A stretch of 64,000 nt of DNA from Candidatus Liptonbacteria bacterium. GTDB lineage: Bacteria > Patescibacteriota > Minisyncoccia > UBA6257 > 2-01-FULL-56-20. Below, one piece after another: positions 54,510 to 64,000 of the stretch; the first letter of the stretch is position 1, and every line of letters begins with the position of its first letter. The stretch covers positions 13,327 through 77,326 of the forward strand of contig JAHFLJ010000001.1 of the NCBI GenBank assembly GCA_023244935.1, written 5' to 3'. A program made the translations under genes and the position numbers. Under the pieces are notes generated by a model. That model made no database searches and was not told where the DNA came from. It worked only from the letters and a program-made list of their open reading frames with translations.

Positions 54510-55011
54510 TTTTGAAAAAATAAATATTCTCGGAATCGACCCTGGCACAAAACGCGCCGGTTTCGGAGTTATATCCAAAGAAGGAAACATTTTGCGGCTC
54601 CTTGACGCGGGAATTTTTGCCGTCGGAAAATCCACTACAAATGAATCTCTCTTAATTATAAAAAATCAAATAGACCTTTTGATAAAAAAATATAACCCTT
54701 CTGTATTCGCGATAGAAAAACTTTTTTTCTCCACCAATCAAAAAACCGCGATGAGCGTCGCGGAGTCTCGCGGAGTTTGTATCCTCTCTGCTTTAGAAAA
54801 AAATATTCCTATTTTGGAGTTTTCCCCTAACGAAATCAAAAGCTCAATAGCCGGATTCGGAATGGCCGACAAAAAAGCTATTTTGAAAATGGTGCGACTG
54901 ATTCTAAAAGAACCAAATTTAAAAGTCATAGATGACGCCAGCGATGCACTTGCCATTGCAATCGTGGGAGCCCAAAACCTTAGACTTATAAAAACAGAGG
55001 GTGGCCACTAG
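54499..55011 (+). CDS. ruvC: crossover junction endodeoxyribonuclease RuvC
   Basis: ILGIDPGTKRAGFGVI and the catalytic Asp/Glu pattern are present. The start MPNNFEK at 54499 overlaps the yebC-like end. Confidence 0.85.
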   Translation: MPNNFEKINILGIDPGTKRAGFGVISKEGNILRLLDAGIFAVGKSTTNESLLIIKNQIDLLIKKYNPSVFAIEKLFFSTNQKTAMSVAESRGVCILSALEKNIPILEFSPNEIKSSIAGFGMADKKAILKMVRLILKEPNLKVIDDASDALAIAIVGAQNLRLIKTEGGH

Positions 55012-55052
55012 CCAATAGGCGACACCAAAGACTATTAGATTTGTATTTTCTC

Positions 55053-55280
55053 CCCAGCGAATCCTTTAATTTTGAGGGGTACCTCGTGGATTTCTTCTCT
55101 TTACCCCAAACGAGATTGTTGGTTTTGCGGGGTGTCTGAGAAACCTTTTAGCTTGGTCCCGCCTCTTTCCTCCCATCGACGAGCAAACTAATTTTCGGAG
55201 GTGTCGCGCAGTTCATTCCGGCTTGGTCCCCGCCGATTAGGCGGGGCGGAATGAACGAGCGGCAGCGCTAATTTCCGCAG
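55053..55280. repeat. composite hairpin-repeat region (TTTTGAGGG-type terminus plus two AGCTTGGTCCC(C)GCC hairpin modules)
   Basis: ccccagcgaatcctttaattttgagggg. The sequence ggtgtctgagaaaccttttagcttggtcccgcc is homologous to 27495-27528. A second module is ttcattccg gcttggtccccgcc gattag gcggggc ggaatgaa. Confidence 0.4.
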
Positions 55281-55377
55281 GAGAAATTAGACAGCGACCT
55301 CCGGAAATTACGTTTGTGAGCGGCATTGACAAGTTTCTTTAACTTTTTATACTGTATTCCATAAAAAAGATATAAAT

Positions 55378-55626
55378 ATGAAAGCAAAAAAAAATTATTC
55401 TTTCTCGGGAAACAGAGACGAGGACGCTATTCCCGAAGAGGAGCTTAAAGGAGACCCGTTTCTCTCGATGTCTCCCGCGTCTGAAGTCGACGAAGAAAAC
55501 GTTGATGACGATGACGGAATAACCGACGGACTACTCACCGAAGATGCCGAAGATGAAGAAAGCGAAGAATCTCTGGGGGCTAATGGTTTTACAATTGTAA
55601 CCGGAGAAAAAGACGACGAAATGTAA
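55378..55626 (+). CDS. small highly acidic hypothetical protein (82 aa)
   Basis: Asp/Glu-rich (VDEENVDDDDGITDGLLTEDAEDEESEE). It has its own strong terminator. Confidence 0.4.
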   Translation: MKAKKNYSFSGNRDEDAIPEEELKGDPFLSMSPASEVDEENVDDDDGITDGLLTEDAEDEESEESLGANGFTIVTGEKDDEM

Positions 55627-55630
55627 AATT

Positions 55631-55668
55631 AAAACCCGGACAGTCCATGGACTGTCCGGGTTTTTTTT
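55631..55668 (+). terminator. intrinsic terminator
   Basis: cccggacagtccatggactgtccggg is a perfect 26-bp palindrome followed by tttttttt. Confidence 0.8.
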
Positions 55669-55686
55669 GGTAAAATCAAGACCTAA

Positions 55687-58122
55687 ATGATTAAAGTTTT
55701 AAGTAAAATGAGCAGGTTCTTAAAGCGCAAAAGTAAAAAAGAACTATTTTTATATTTGCTCGGGATTATTGGAATTATAATTTTAGCCGGAGGCCTTTTT
55801 GTTCTTTATTTAATCAAAACCCTTCCCTCTGTAGAACAAATTAAAACCAGAGAAATGTCCCAGTCTACCAAAATTTTTGACCGAAGCGGAACGGTTCTTT
55901 TATATGAAATTAGCGCCGGAGAAAAGCGCACGGTTATTCCGGAAGATAAGATTCCCCAATCTCTAAAAGACGCGATACTTTCGATTGAAGATGAAAAATT
56001 TTATGAAGAACCGGCTTTTGACTGGAGATCGATGATCCGCGCGCTTCTCGCCAATCTAAAAAGTGGAGAAGTGGTGCAAGGAGGATCAACCATAACTCAG
56101 CAGTTGGCAAAAAACGCGTTCCTTTCGGCTGAACAAACTATTCTACGCAAAGTTAAAGAGTTGATTCTGGCGGTAAGAATTAATCAATATTATTCGAAAG
56201 ACAAAATCCTTTGGCTTTATATAAACGAAGTTCCTTTCGGACCTACTGTTTATGGGGCGGAGTCCGCGAGTTTTTTATATTTCGGGAAATCCGCAACTGA
56301 CCTTTCTGTTCCCGAAAGCGCGGTTCTCGCCGCCATACTCAAAGCGCCAAGCTACTATTATCCGGGAGGAAATCACGTGCCCGAACTTTTAAAACGAAAA
56401 GATTTGGTCTTAAAAAAGATGAAAGATCTCGGAAAAATATCCGAAAAAGAATTTTCCTCCGCGATTAAAGAAAAAATTAAATTTATTCCGATTATCTCCG
56501 GCATAAAAGCCCCTCATTTTGTTATGACGGTACAAGATTATTTAATAAATAAATATGGAGAAGAATTGGTAAGAAAGGGTGGTCTTCAGATTACAACTAC
56601 TCTCGATTGGTCTTTGCAACAAGCCGCGGAAAAGGCAGTTAAAGATGGTGCTTTAAACAACGAAAAACTTTACAAGGGAAAGAATGCCGCGCTGGTAGCT
56701 GAAAACGCAACCTCGGGTCAAATTTTGGCGCTGGTTGGCTCTCGGGACTACTTCGAGACTGAAAATGATGGAAATTTTAATGTCGCCACTCAAGGACTTC
56801 GCCAGCCGGGATCTTCTCTTAAGCCTTTCGTATATCTAGCGGCTTTTGAAAAAGGATTGACTCCCGACACGATTCTTTTTGATGTCCCCACGGAGTTTTC
56901 CGCAAACAACGCTGTCTGTCCGCCGGTTCCTAATTATAAAAGCGAAAACACAAAATGTTTTCATCCGGAAAATTTTGACCATATTTTTGTCGGCCCGGTT
57001 AGCATGAGAGATGCGCTGGCTCAATCAATCAATATTCCTGCGGTAAAAACCCTTTATATTGCCGGTCTCAATAATGTTATCAAAAAAGCTAATCTATTCG
57101 GACTTCAAACTCTTAACGACCCCTCTATATACGGACTCTCTTTGGTTTTAGGTGGAGGAGCGGTTCACTTAATCGACTCGGTTGAAGCTTATTCAACTCT
57201 CGCAAACGATGGAGAAAGAGCGGAACAATCCTATATCCTCGAAATTAAAGATGCCAAAGGAAATATTTTAGAAAAATATTCTCCTAAAATCTCCAGAGCT
57301 ACCGAACCTCAATATGCCCGAGAAATAAATAATATTCTTTCTGATGCAACTGCTCGCGGGCCTCTTTTCCAGAATAGTCTTGATTTAACCGTTTTCCCGG
57401 GAAAAGACGTAGCTATGAAGACCGGTACCAGCAATGATTATCGAGATGCGTGGACTCTTGGTTATACTCCTGAATTAGTTGTAGGTGTTTGGGCTGGAAA
57501 CAACGATAACTCCCCGATGCAAAGAAGTGGCTCAAGCCTCTTGGCGGCTGTTCCGATTTGGAATGCTTTTATGAAAGAAGCTTTGAAAATAATTCCAACC
57601 GGAGCATTTATAAAACCTGATATCAGAATTCCGGAAAAACCTATTTTACGTGGAGAATATGTAGTTAATGGTCAAATTCATAATATTCTTTATTATATCG
57701 ACAAAAATAATCCAACCGGACCGGTTCCGGAGAACCCTCAAGAAGATTCTCAATTTATTAATTGGGAAACCGGAGTTCTTTCTTGGGTTTCTCGACACGC
57801 AACTGAACTCCAAACGAGGTTTTCCTCCTCCGGGTTTGGACAAATAGACGTCAAAATAAATAATCCACAAAATAATTCTTTTTCTTCCGGAGAAATATTT
57901 CTTAATACTTCAATCTCCTCACTCAATAATTTATCGGAAGTAAGAGTTTATTTTAATGATACTTTAATTTACAATGCCGGACTTCCTAAAGAAAAAACTT
58001 ATAATTTTGTTTGGTCTTTTACTCCTGTTCAAATAAATCAACAAAATACCTTATCGGTTGAGGTCTTTGATGAGACCGGGAAAAGTAGCAAATCTTCGGT
58101 TATAATTTATAAACAAAATTAA
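55687..58122 (+). CDS. penicillin-binding protein 1A (bifunctional glycosyltransferase/transpeptidase)
   Basis: An N-terminal TM is followed by GT51 motifs (EDEKFYEEP, GGSTITQQLAKN) and transpeptidase SxxK (SSLKP), SxN and KTG(T) motifs. Confidence 0.85.
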   Translation: MIKVLSKMSRFLKRKSKKELFLYLLGIIGIIILAGGLFVLYLIKTLPSVEQIKTREMSQSTKIFDRSGTVLLYEISAGEKRTVIPEDKIPQSLKDAILSIEDEKFYEEPAFDWRSMIRALLANLKSGEVVQGGSTITQQLAKNAFLSAEQTILRKVKELILAVRINQYYSKDKILWLYINEVPFGPTVYGAESASFLYFGKSATDLSVPESAVLAAILKAPSYYYPGGNHVPELLKRKDLVLKKMKDLGKISEKEFSSAIKEKIKFIPIISGIKAPHFVMTVQDYLINKYGEELVRKGGLQITTTLDWSLQQAAEKAVKDGALNNEKLYKGKNAALVAENATSGQILALVGSRDYFETENDGNFNVATQGLRQPGSSLKPFVYLAAFEKGLTPDTILFDVPTEFSANNAVCPPVPNYKSENTKCFHPENFDHIFVGPVSMRDALAQSINIPAVKTLYIAGLNNVIKKANLFGLQTLNDPSIYGLSLVLGGGAVHLIDSVEAYSTLANDGERAEQSYILEIKDAKGNILEKYSPKISRATEPQYAREINNILSDATARGPLFQNSLDLTVFPGKDVAMKTGTSNDYRDAWTLGYTPELVVGVWAGNNDNSPMQRSGSSLLAAVPIWNAFMKEALKIIPTGAFIKPDIRIPEKPILRGEYVVNGQIHNILYYIDKNNPTGPVPENPQEDSQFINWETGVLSWVSRHATELQTRFSSSGFGQIDVKINNPQNNSFSSGEIFLNTSISSLNNLSEVRVYFNDTLIYNAGLPKEKTYNFVWSFTPVQINQQNTLSVEVFDETGKSSKSSVIIYKQN

Positions 58123-59225
58123 GACTTAAGTATCGGCATTAATATATACACAAACGATCCTTCATTCGGCTCTCGAATTGTCGCCGGTTTACTTTCGTCG
58201 TTTATTCCGATAAAAACTTCTTCGGTTTTTACGGCTCTTACTCCGTCACTTAAATATTTCCAATTAAAGCTTATTTTTTCGAATGAGCCTTTTATTTTTG
58301 AAGAAAGAGTATAAACATTTTCTCCGACAGATTCTTCGTTAGAAAATATTTTAATTGCTCGGTCTCCTTCTTTTTCAATATTTATCTCGTTAGTTCTTGA
58401 ACTTAAAATCGAGGATAATTTTAAGGCATTTAATAAATCATTTTTATTTATGACTACTTCGGCATCTACCTTTTTAGGTATCAGCTGTTTATAATCCGGA
58501 AATTTATTATCCAGTAAACGAGAAATTATCTCTACTTTTTCGTTTTCCAATAAAATTTGGCTTTCTTCGATATATATATTCACTTCGCCTTCTTTAAAAA
58601 TTTTTGAAGCTTCCACCGCGGTTTTCAAAGGGATCAAACAAGTAATATTTTCCATTCCTTCTTGTTTAAAATCTCCCTCTTTTATTTTTTTCTCGGCAAG
58701 CCGGAAGCTATCCGTGGAAGTTAAAACTAAAAACTCGTTCTCCAGCGTGAATAAAACTGAATTTAGATCCGGTCGGTTTTCTAATACCTGCGCCGCGGAG
58801 AGAACTTGTTCAAGTGAGCTTTTAAAATTGTCGGCACTCATCGAAATAAAATTCTTTTTACTTTTTATTTTAGGAATTAGAGGATATTCATCCGAAGAAA
58901 TACACTGAAGCTTGGCATTATAGTTATCCGTCTTAATATCTAAAACTCCGTTTTTAACTTCCAAATTTATTCTTTCGGTTTGGATTCCATTTACTATTCC
59001 TGAAAATAAAGCCAACGGTATTGTCGTCACTCCTTCTTCAATTACCTTCCCGGCTATGTAAGCGGTTATCGCAATTTCGAGGTTGGTCGAAACTAATTTA
59101 ATCTTATTATTTTTCGCCTCAAATAATATATTTTTTAATATCGGCAATTCTTTATTCTCTCCTCCTGATCTGGAAACAGAGTCTAATCCTTCTTTTAATT
59201 TTTCTTTAATTACTACTACATTCAT
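58119..59225 (-). CDS. dnaN: DNA polymerase III subunit beta (sliding clamp)
   Basis: 368 aa with three-domain clamp architecture, immediately downstream of dnaA. Confidence 0.85.
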   Translation of the reverse strand: MNVVVIKEKLKEGLDSVSRSGGENKELPILKNILFEAKNNKIKLVSTNLEIAITAYIAGKVIEEGVTTIPLALFSGIVNGIQTERINLEVKNGVLDIKTDNYNAKLQCISSDEYPLIPKIKSKKNFISMSADNFKSSLEQVLSAAQVLENRPDLNSVLFTLENEFLVLTSTDSFRLAEKKIKEGDFKQEGMENITCLIPLKTAVEASKIFKEGEVNIYIEESQILLENEKVEIISRLLDNKFPDYKQLIPKKVDAEVVINKNDLLNALKLSSILSSRTNEINIEKEGDRAIKIFSNEESVGENVYTLSSKIKGSFEKISFNWKYLSDGVRAVKTEEVFIGINDESKPATIREPNEGSFVYILMPILKS

Positions 59226-59345
59226 GTATTAATAAGATAGTTGTTGTTGTAGAGACGACTAATTCTGTGGATAAATCGGTTTGTTCTAGGTTTTAATTGA
59301 ATCGGTGTTGTGGATAAAAACGCTTTTGCCCGGGGATTAAGGGGA
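59226..59345. promoter_or_regulatory. candidate oriC segment with two perfect DnaA boxes
   Basis: tgtggataa (reverse complement TTATCCACA) at 59266-59274 and 59309-59317, in the dnaA-dnaN gap. A third near-consensus box (tgttgataa) lies at 60773-60781 upstream of dnaA, together with AT-rich tracts. Confidence 0.55.
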
Positions 59346-60704
59346 TTATTCCTTGAAAACAAGTTCTTTAATTAAATTCATTTTTTGGCTCAAGGAAGAA
59401 TTTTGGTTGATTTCCCTGGAGATTTTCTCAACCGCGTGAATTGCAGTGGTATGATCCCTACCCATCTTTTCCCCAATGTGTGGGTAAGACATCTCCAGGA
59501 TTTCCCTAATTAAGAACATCGCTACTTGGCGAGGCTCAACAATCTCCTTTTTTCGCACTCTCCCGGTCATTTCTTCCACGGAGATATTGTAAAAATCGGA
59601 AACAGCTTTAATAATTTGATCTTCGGAAACTCGATGAGAAAAATCTTTAACCGTTTTTCGAATAATCTCTTCAACCTCTTTTGGATTAAGGTCAATTCTT
59701 TTGGCTTCTCGATAAAAAAGTATTTTATTTAAAACTCCTTCGATTTCTCGGACGTTCTTTTTTACTTTTCTTGCTATTAGATCAATAACCTCTTCACTTA
59801 GATTCCTATCTTGTTCTAATAATTTACTCTTAATAATCGCCACCCGCATCTCGTATTCCGGAAACCCGATGTCTGCGGTCAGTCCTGCCTCAAAACGCGA
59901 CCTGAGGCGTTCCTCAAGGGTTGGTAGGGATTGTGGAGGACGGTCGGAAGAAATTATTATTTGTTTGTTTAGTTCATGCAGAGCGTTAAAAGTATAGAAA
60001 AATTCTTCTTCGGTTGCTCTTTTACCGCCCACAAACTGAATATCATCGATAATTAAAAGATCGCAGTCTCGATATCTCCTTTTAACGTCTTCCATTCTTT
60101 TATTTTTTATTCCCCAAATCACATCGCTGGTAAATTTTTCGGAGGTCACATATCGCGGCCGTAATTTTCCTCCGTATCGCGCCTTAACTTCATTTCCAAT
60201 GCCTTGTATTAAATGAGTTTTTCCTAAACCAACCCCTCCATAAACAAAGAAAGGATTATATTTGGTTCCAATCTCGTCGATAATCGCGTTTGCGGCCGCG
60301 AAGGCCAATTCGTTTGAAGAACCAACCACAAAAGATTTTAAAGTGTAGCGGGAATTTAAATTTGTCTCCGGATCTATCTTAAAATCCAAATTTATTTTAT
60401 TTTCGAATCGTTGAAAATCCCCCGTGGTAATTTTTTGAGTTTTCGGCTCAAGCACGGCAGTGCTATGAACTACAAACTCCAAGTTTTTTGTAGAAGGGTC
60501 AAAATTTCTAACCGCTCCGAGAATATTTTTATTATATTTATTTTCAACCCACTCCTTCGCGAAATTATTCGGCAAAGAGATAATCAAAGTTCCATCTCGC
60601 TTATCGACAATCCTGCTATTTTTAAGCCAGGTTGCAAAATTAGCCCTAGAAAGCTGAACCTCCATCTCACCTAAAGCAGACTGCCAAAGTTTTTCCAAAT
60701 CCAT
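59346..60704 (-). CDS. dnaA: chromosomal replication initiator DnaA
   Basis: AAA+ Walker A GGVGLGKTHL, sensor motifs, and a C-terminal DNA-binding signature (HTTAIHAVEKI). 452 aa. Confidence 0.9.
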   Translation of the reverse strand: MDLEKLWQSALGEMEVQLSRANFATWLKNSRIVDKRDGTLIISLPNNFAKEWVENKYNKNILGAVRNFDPSTKNLEFVVHSTAVLEPKTQKITTGDFQRFENKINLDFKIDPETNLNSRYTLKSFVVGSSNELAFAAANAIIDEIGTKYNPFFVYGGVGLGKTHLIQGIGNEVKARYGGKLRPRYVTSEKFTSDVIWGIKNKRMEDVKRRYRDCDLLIIDDIQFVGGKRATEEEFFYTFNALHELNKQIIISSDRPPQSLPTLEERLRSRFEAGLTADIGFPEYEMRVAIIKSKLLEQDRNLSEEVIDLIARKVKKNVREIEGVLNKILFYREAKRIDLNPKEVEEIIRKTVKDFSHRVSEDQIIKAVSDFYNISVEEMTGRVRKKEIVEPRQVAMFLIREILEMSYPHIGEKMGRDHTTAIHAVEKISREINQNSSLSQKMNLIKELVFKE

Positions 60705-60808
60705 TGATAGTATTCTATGCGTAAAATCAGATTCGTCAAAGGACGCTGTTTTTAGGTAACTGCGGATATCCTGTTGATAACTTATTTTTTTTGTGATAAA
60801 ATAGAATC

Positions 60809-60943
60809 ATGTCCCAAACATACAACCCTAAAAAGAAAAAAAGAGTAAGAACTCATGGGTTTCTGACCAGAAACACAACAAAAGGAGGAAAAAAGGTATT
60901 AAAACGCAGAAGAGCCAAAGGAAGAAAGAAGCTTTCCGTTTAA
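60809..60943 (+). CDS. rpmH: 50S ribosomal protein L34
   Basis: A 44-aa [47 protein letters not shown], absent from the ORF track. It holds the canonical position upstream of rnpA. Confidence 0.85.
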   Translation: MSQTYNPKKKKRVRTHGFLTRNTTKGGKKVLKRRRAKGRKKLSV

Positions 60944-60948
60944 AAACC

Positions 60949-61260
60949 ATGCTAAATAAAAAGAATAGGCTATCCCCTACGGAATTTAGGGGGCAAAAAG
61001 CCCATTCTTTTTTTATTTCAAAATTTAAAGTGTTATTTGTCAAAAAAAATGAAGGAGTTAATCGTTTTGCGGTTATTATTCCGGCTACAGTAGTAAAAAA
61101 AGCCGTCGATAGGCATTATTGGAGGCGGAGGATAGCTGAAACTGCCAGACTGTGGAAAAATAAAGGATTAGATGCTATTATCTTTGTTAAGAATGCCCCG
61201 CAGAAAAAGGAAAAAGATGAGTTGCTATCGGCTCTATCTAAAGAAATTAATAAAATATAA
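60949..61260 (+). CDS. rnpA: ribonuclease P protein component
   Basis: 103 aa, basic, with the RNR-like motif region (HYWRRRIAE). Flanked by rpmH and yidC. Confidence 0.8.
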   Translation: MLNKKNRLSPTEFRGQKAHSFFISKFKVLFVKKNEGVNRFAVIIPATVVKKAVDRHYWRRRIAETARLWKNKGLDAIIFVKNAPQKKEKDELLSALSKEINKI

Positions 61261-61968
61261 ATGATCGGCTCACTATTTAACACAATCCTCTACAAACCAC
61301 TCTTAAACCTTCTTATTCTGCTATATGAGCATGTAACCTTCGGAGATTTAGGGCTGGCCATTATATTAATAACCATTCTCGTTAGAATTGTTCTTTTACC
61401 GCTTTTTGAAAAACAAACCAGGTATCAGCTGGTGATGCAAAAAATTCAGCCTCAAATAAAAGAAGTGGAAAAAAAGCACAAAGGAGATAAAGCTAAACAA
61501 ACCGAGGCAATGATGGCGATTTATAAGGAACACAAAACAAATCCTTTTTCCGGCTTTTTAATCCTATTCATTCAAATTCCGATACTTATCGCGCTATATA
61601 AGATAATCTCGGCCGTGGTGGGCGCAGCTGGGTTTTCCGGTGACCTGTATTCTTTTGTCCCGGCCCCCGAAACAATCAATATTATGTTCTTGGGCTTGAT
61701 AAATTTAGGAAAAGCCAATATCCTAATCGTAGTTCTGGCGGCTCTAGCTCAGTTTTTCCAAGCTAAAACCACCATGTTCAAAAAGAAGCCCGGAGAGGAG
61801 GAGACTCCTCAGGAGAAAGCGGGAAGAACGATGGTCTATGTAACTCCCCTTCTAACCGTTTTTCTGTTTTATAACTTTCCGGCGGCCATCTCTCTCTATT
61901 GGCTCGTGGCTTCAGCGCTTTCCATTATCCAGCAGATAATAATTAAGAGAAAAATAGCAAATGATTAA
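61261..61968 (+). CDS. yidC: membrane protein insertase YidC (short Gram-positive-type)
   Basis: 235 aa with 5 TM helices and a conserved Arg in TM1 (ILVRIVLLPL). Confidence 0.85.
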   Translation: MIGSLFNTILYKPLLNLLILLYEHVTFGDLGLAIILITILVRIVLLPLFEKQTRYQLVMQKIQPQIKEVEKKHKGDKAKQTEAMMAIYKEHKTNPFSGFLILFIQIPILIALYKIISAVVGAAGFSGDLYSFVPAPETINIMFLGLINLGKANILIVVLAALAQFFQAKTTMFKKKPGEEETPQEKAGRTMVYVTPLLTVFLFYNFPAAISLYWLVASALSIIQQIIIKRKIAND

Positions 61969-62395
61969 TTGGGAAGAATATACAAAAGAATTATTCAACA
62001 AAATGGGGTTTGCGGACTTCAGTTTTGACTTTGACGCCGAACACCGGCACGGCGGAGTTTTTCTATATGAAAAAGATCTGATAATAAAGGACAACCTGGC
62101 TTTTTTTGTCGAGAATCTAAACCACGTTTTGCAGTTGGTTGCTCAAAAAAATGGCGAAGATAAAGTTTATATAGATATAAACAATTATAGGAAAGAAAGA
62201 GAAAAACTTCTTATAGAATTGGCCAAAGCCGCCGCTCGCAAAGCCGTCTCCACCAAGCAAGAGATTCCGTTACCGGCAATGAATTCTTATGAGAGAAGAA
62301 TTGTCCACGCGGAGTTGTCCGCCCGACCCGATGTAAAGACCGAAAGCCAAGGGATGGGAAGAGAAAGATTTATAACAATAAAACCGCTCGATTAG
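61961..62395 (+). CDS. jag: Jag/KhpB-like R3H-domain RNA-binding protein
   Basis: A C-terminal R3H region (YERRIVHAEL). Canonical position after yidC. Confidence 0.7.
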   Translation: MINWEEYTKELFNKMGFADFSFDFDAEHRHGGVFLYEKDLIIKDNLAFFVENLNHVLQLVAQKNGEDKVYIDINNYRKEREKLLIELAKAAARKAVSTKQEIPLPAMNSYERRIVHAELSARPDVKTESQGMGRERFITIKPLD

Positions 62396-62478
62396 AAAAT
62401 AGAACATGGAATTTAGAAAATAGAATAATACATCGATTTCATTCTAAATTCTATTTTCTACGTTCTAGGTTCTAACCG
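62394..62478. repeat. TAGAA-family palindromic repeat (inverted pair) between convergent genes
   Basis: tagaaaatagaacatggaatttagaaaatagaata ... cattctaaattctattttctacgttctaggttcta. It probably acts as a bidirectional terminator. Confidence 0.6.
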
Positions 62479-62551
62479 CCCACATTCTGTCATCCTGAAC
62501 AAAGGGAATGTTCTCTTCTTATTAATACACTAGATTTCCTGCCTAAAGTTA

Positions 62552-63835
62552 TTATCTATTTGGAACCGAGTAGAGGAAATTATTATTCCTATTTATAAAA
62601 TAAATTTCGTTTTCGCCGGAGAAAGGTTTGTATATATCCATCTGCGCTTCTGTCGGCGAGAATACATATCCCAATGAACCATCGTCCAGATTAATTTTAA
62701 CCAAGTCGTCGCTCATCACTAATGATCCACGATAATATTCATCCGGCAAAATAGCTGACTCAAAAGCCTTGGTGTCTCTGGGAAACGCGCAGTAGAGCTC
62801 ATTTTGTGAATGCGTAGGAGTTGTGCTGGCAGAAGTCGAAGTGGCGACCTTAGTTTTAACAACCGAGGTCGTGGCCATCTCAAAATATGAACGAGGGTGA
62901 AAAAAAGAACATTTTTCGGCAAGAGTTGTGACCGTAAGTTTGCTGGACTCTTCTCCTCCGGCTAGACGAATCCTAAGGTTTCCGCCTCGATAGGTTTCGT
63001 TCCCATAAAAAGCCAAACCCATAGATCCCAAATCGTTCCAAACTACGCTTAACGCATATTCGTCTTTTATGAGCGGAATGGCGGTTTTTTTGGAAAGGTT
63101 AAAAGCGATTATGGTATTTTTGATATATGCGGAAGGTCGGCTATTTATCAAAAGAGTATCCTTATCTCTCCACGATAAAATCGGATCTTCTATTTGCAGA
63201 GAGGAGATTTGTTGAGGGGTTGTTTTTGGTTTATCTAAATCCCAAATAAATAAGTTTTTTGTTCCCATTTTCTCATATAAATAAACAACTTCATGGGTTT
63301 TAGGGCGGATTGTCGCGGTAGTATTTGCTAAAATCGGTTGCCAAGTACTTGAGGCAACATCATAGACACTAAACTGTGGAGCGGTTATCTTTCCATAGGT
63401 TAAAAGAATTTTTTTACCATCATTTGAGAATACAACTTCGAGCGGATTCTCAATTTCGGAATTATTCAACTCTCTAGTCTCTCCGGTAGTGGAAACCGAA
63501 GCAACTACTCCCTTTTGGGTCACTAAAATAACTCCTCCGTCCGCAACAGGAGAGAACCCTAAAATTGGTTCTTTATATAAAATTTTCGAACCCAACACGG
63601 TTGTTACTACGTCTTCGCCGGCCAGATTTCCCCCGGTTGCTTCGCTACTACTCCCATTTTCCCCGATAGGTAGCTCAGAAGTTTCTCCCGTCTGTCCGGA
63701 GGGTAGAGTGGCTCCAGAGTCGGTGCCTGTTGGGACTCCGGCGACCTGGTCGGTTCTAGTCCCAAAATAAACACCGGCGCCAACAACTCCCGCAACTGCC
63801 AGAAATATCAATATTATTTTTATCGTTTTGGACAT
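62552..63835 (-). CDS. membrane-anchored beta-propeller (PD40/TolB-like) hypothetical protein
   Basis: The start MSKTIKIILIFLAVAG at 63835 is preferred. A Thr/Ser/Gly linker is followed by repeated hydrophobic-Asp/Gly patterns (SNDGKKILLTYG, WRDKDTLLINS). Confidence 0.45.
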   Translation of the reverse strand: MSKTIKIILIFLAVAGVVGAGVYFGTRTDQVAGVPTGTDSGATLPSGQTGETSELPIGENGSSSEATGGNLAGEDVVTTVLGSKILYKEPILGFSPVADGGVILVTQKGVVASVSTTGETRELNNSEIENPLEVVFSNDGKKILLTYGKITAPQFSVYDVASSTWQPILANTTATIRPKTHEVVYLYEKMGTKNLFIWDLDKPKTTPQQISSLQIEDPILSWRDKDTLLINSRPSAYIKNTIIAFNLSKKTAIPLIKDEYALSVVWNDLGSMGLAFYGNETYRGGNLRIRLAGGEESSKLTVTTLAEKCSFFHPRSYFEMATTSVVKTKVATSTSASTTPTHSQNELYCAFPRDTKAFESAILPDEYYRGSLVMSDDLVKINLDDGSLGYVFSPTEAQMDIYKPFSGENEIYFINRNNNFLYSVPNR

Positions 63836-64000
63836 TTTAGTTACTTGTTTTACACACATCTGAAGTTGTCTGCACGCAAAAATCTCCGATATTATCGGCT
63901 CCGTATTGCTTAAGTAAATTAACACAATTGGAGTCGCAATAAGATTTAGTCCTCGGTGTACCGTCGGGAGAAGTTCGGCTCACGCAAGAGAGCCATCTTT

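Noticed and set aside
1265-62478. CRISPR array among the abundant short repeats.
   Set aside because: The repeats are palindromic or inverted and irregularly dispersed in intergenic gaps. They are not regularly spaced direct repeats with unique spacers, and no cas genes are present.

Overview
This is a low-GC (roughly 40%) bacterial chromosomal segment, densely packed with short housekeeping genes on both strands. Several traits fit a Candidate Phyla Radiation / Patescibacteria-like organism: a prepilin-type protein, a membrane-anchored Clp ATPase, many small hypothetical genes, hairpin or MITE-like repeats in almost every intergenic gap, and tRNA/tmRNA genes ending ...TCC-ACA instead of an encoded CCA. 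That placement is inference only. The window covers the replication-origin neighbourhood: rpmH-rnpA-yidC-jag lies divergent to dnaA-dnaN, with two perfect DnaA boxes between dnaA and dnaN. It also holds translation genes (ileS, argS, trpS, infC-rpmI-rplT), tmRNA next to smpB, and DNA repair/recombination genes (ruvA, ruvB and ruvC dispersed; polX; udg; ftsK; two standalone exonucleases). Envelope genes include PBP1A, a Mur ligase, a UbiA-family prenyltransferase fusion, a PilB/GspE ATPase and a prepilin-FGE fusion. RNA-turnover genes are rnj (partial), rny and a beta-CASP MBL nuclease. Points worth a second look are listed here. A tRNA-Leu(CAG) is nested inside a second tRNA-like scaffold. IleS carries an internal histidine-phosphatase (PGM-family) domain. 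A 1291-aa acidic, glycine-zipper giant protein sits with a 105-aa partner directly after trpS. Three GC-rich mini-genes each have a canonical promoter, SD and terminator. At least four families of short dispersed palindromic repeats occur. Several candidate small RNAs have their own promoters and terminators, one with a 6S-like closing helix. I recognised no CRISPR array, rRNA, integrase, transposase or reverse transcriptase. Coordinates derived by hand may be off by 1-3 nt.
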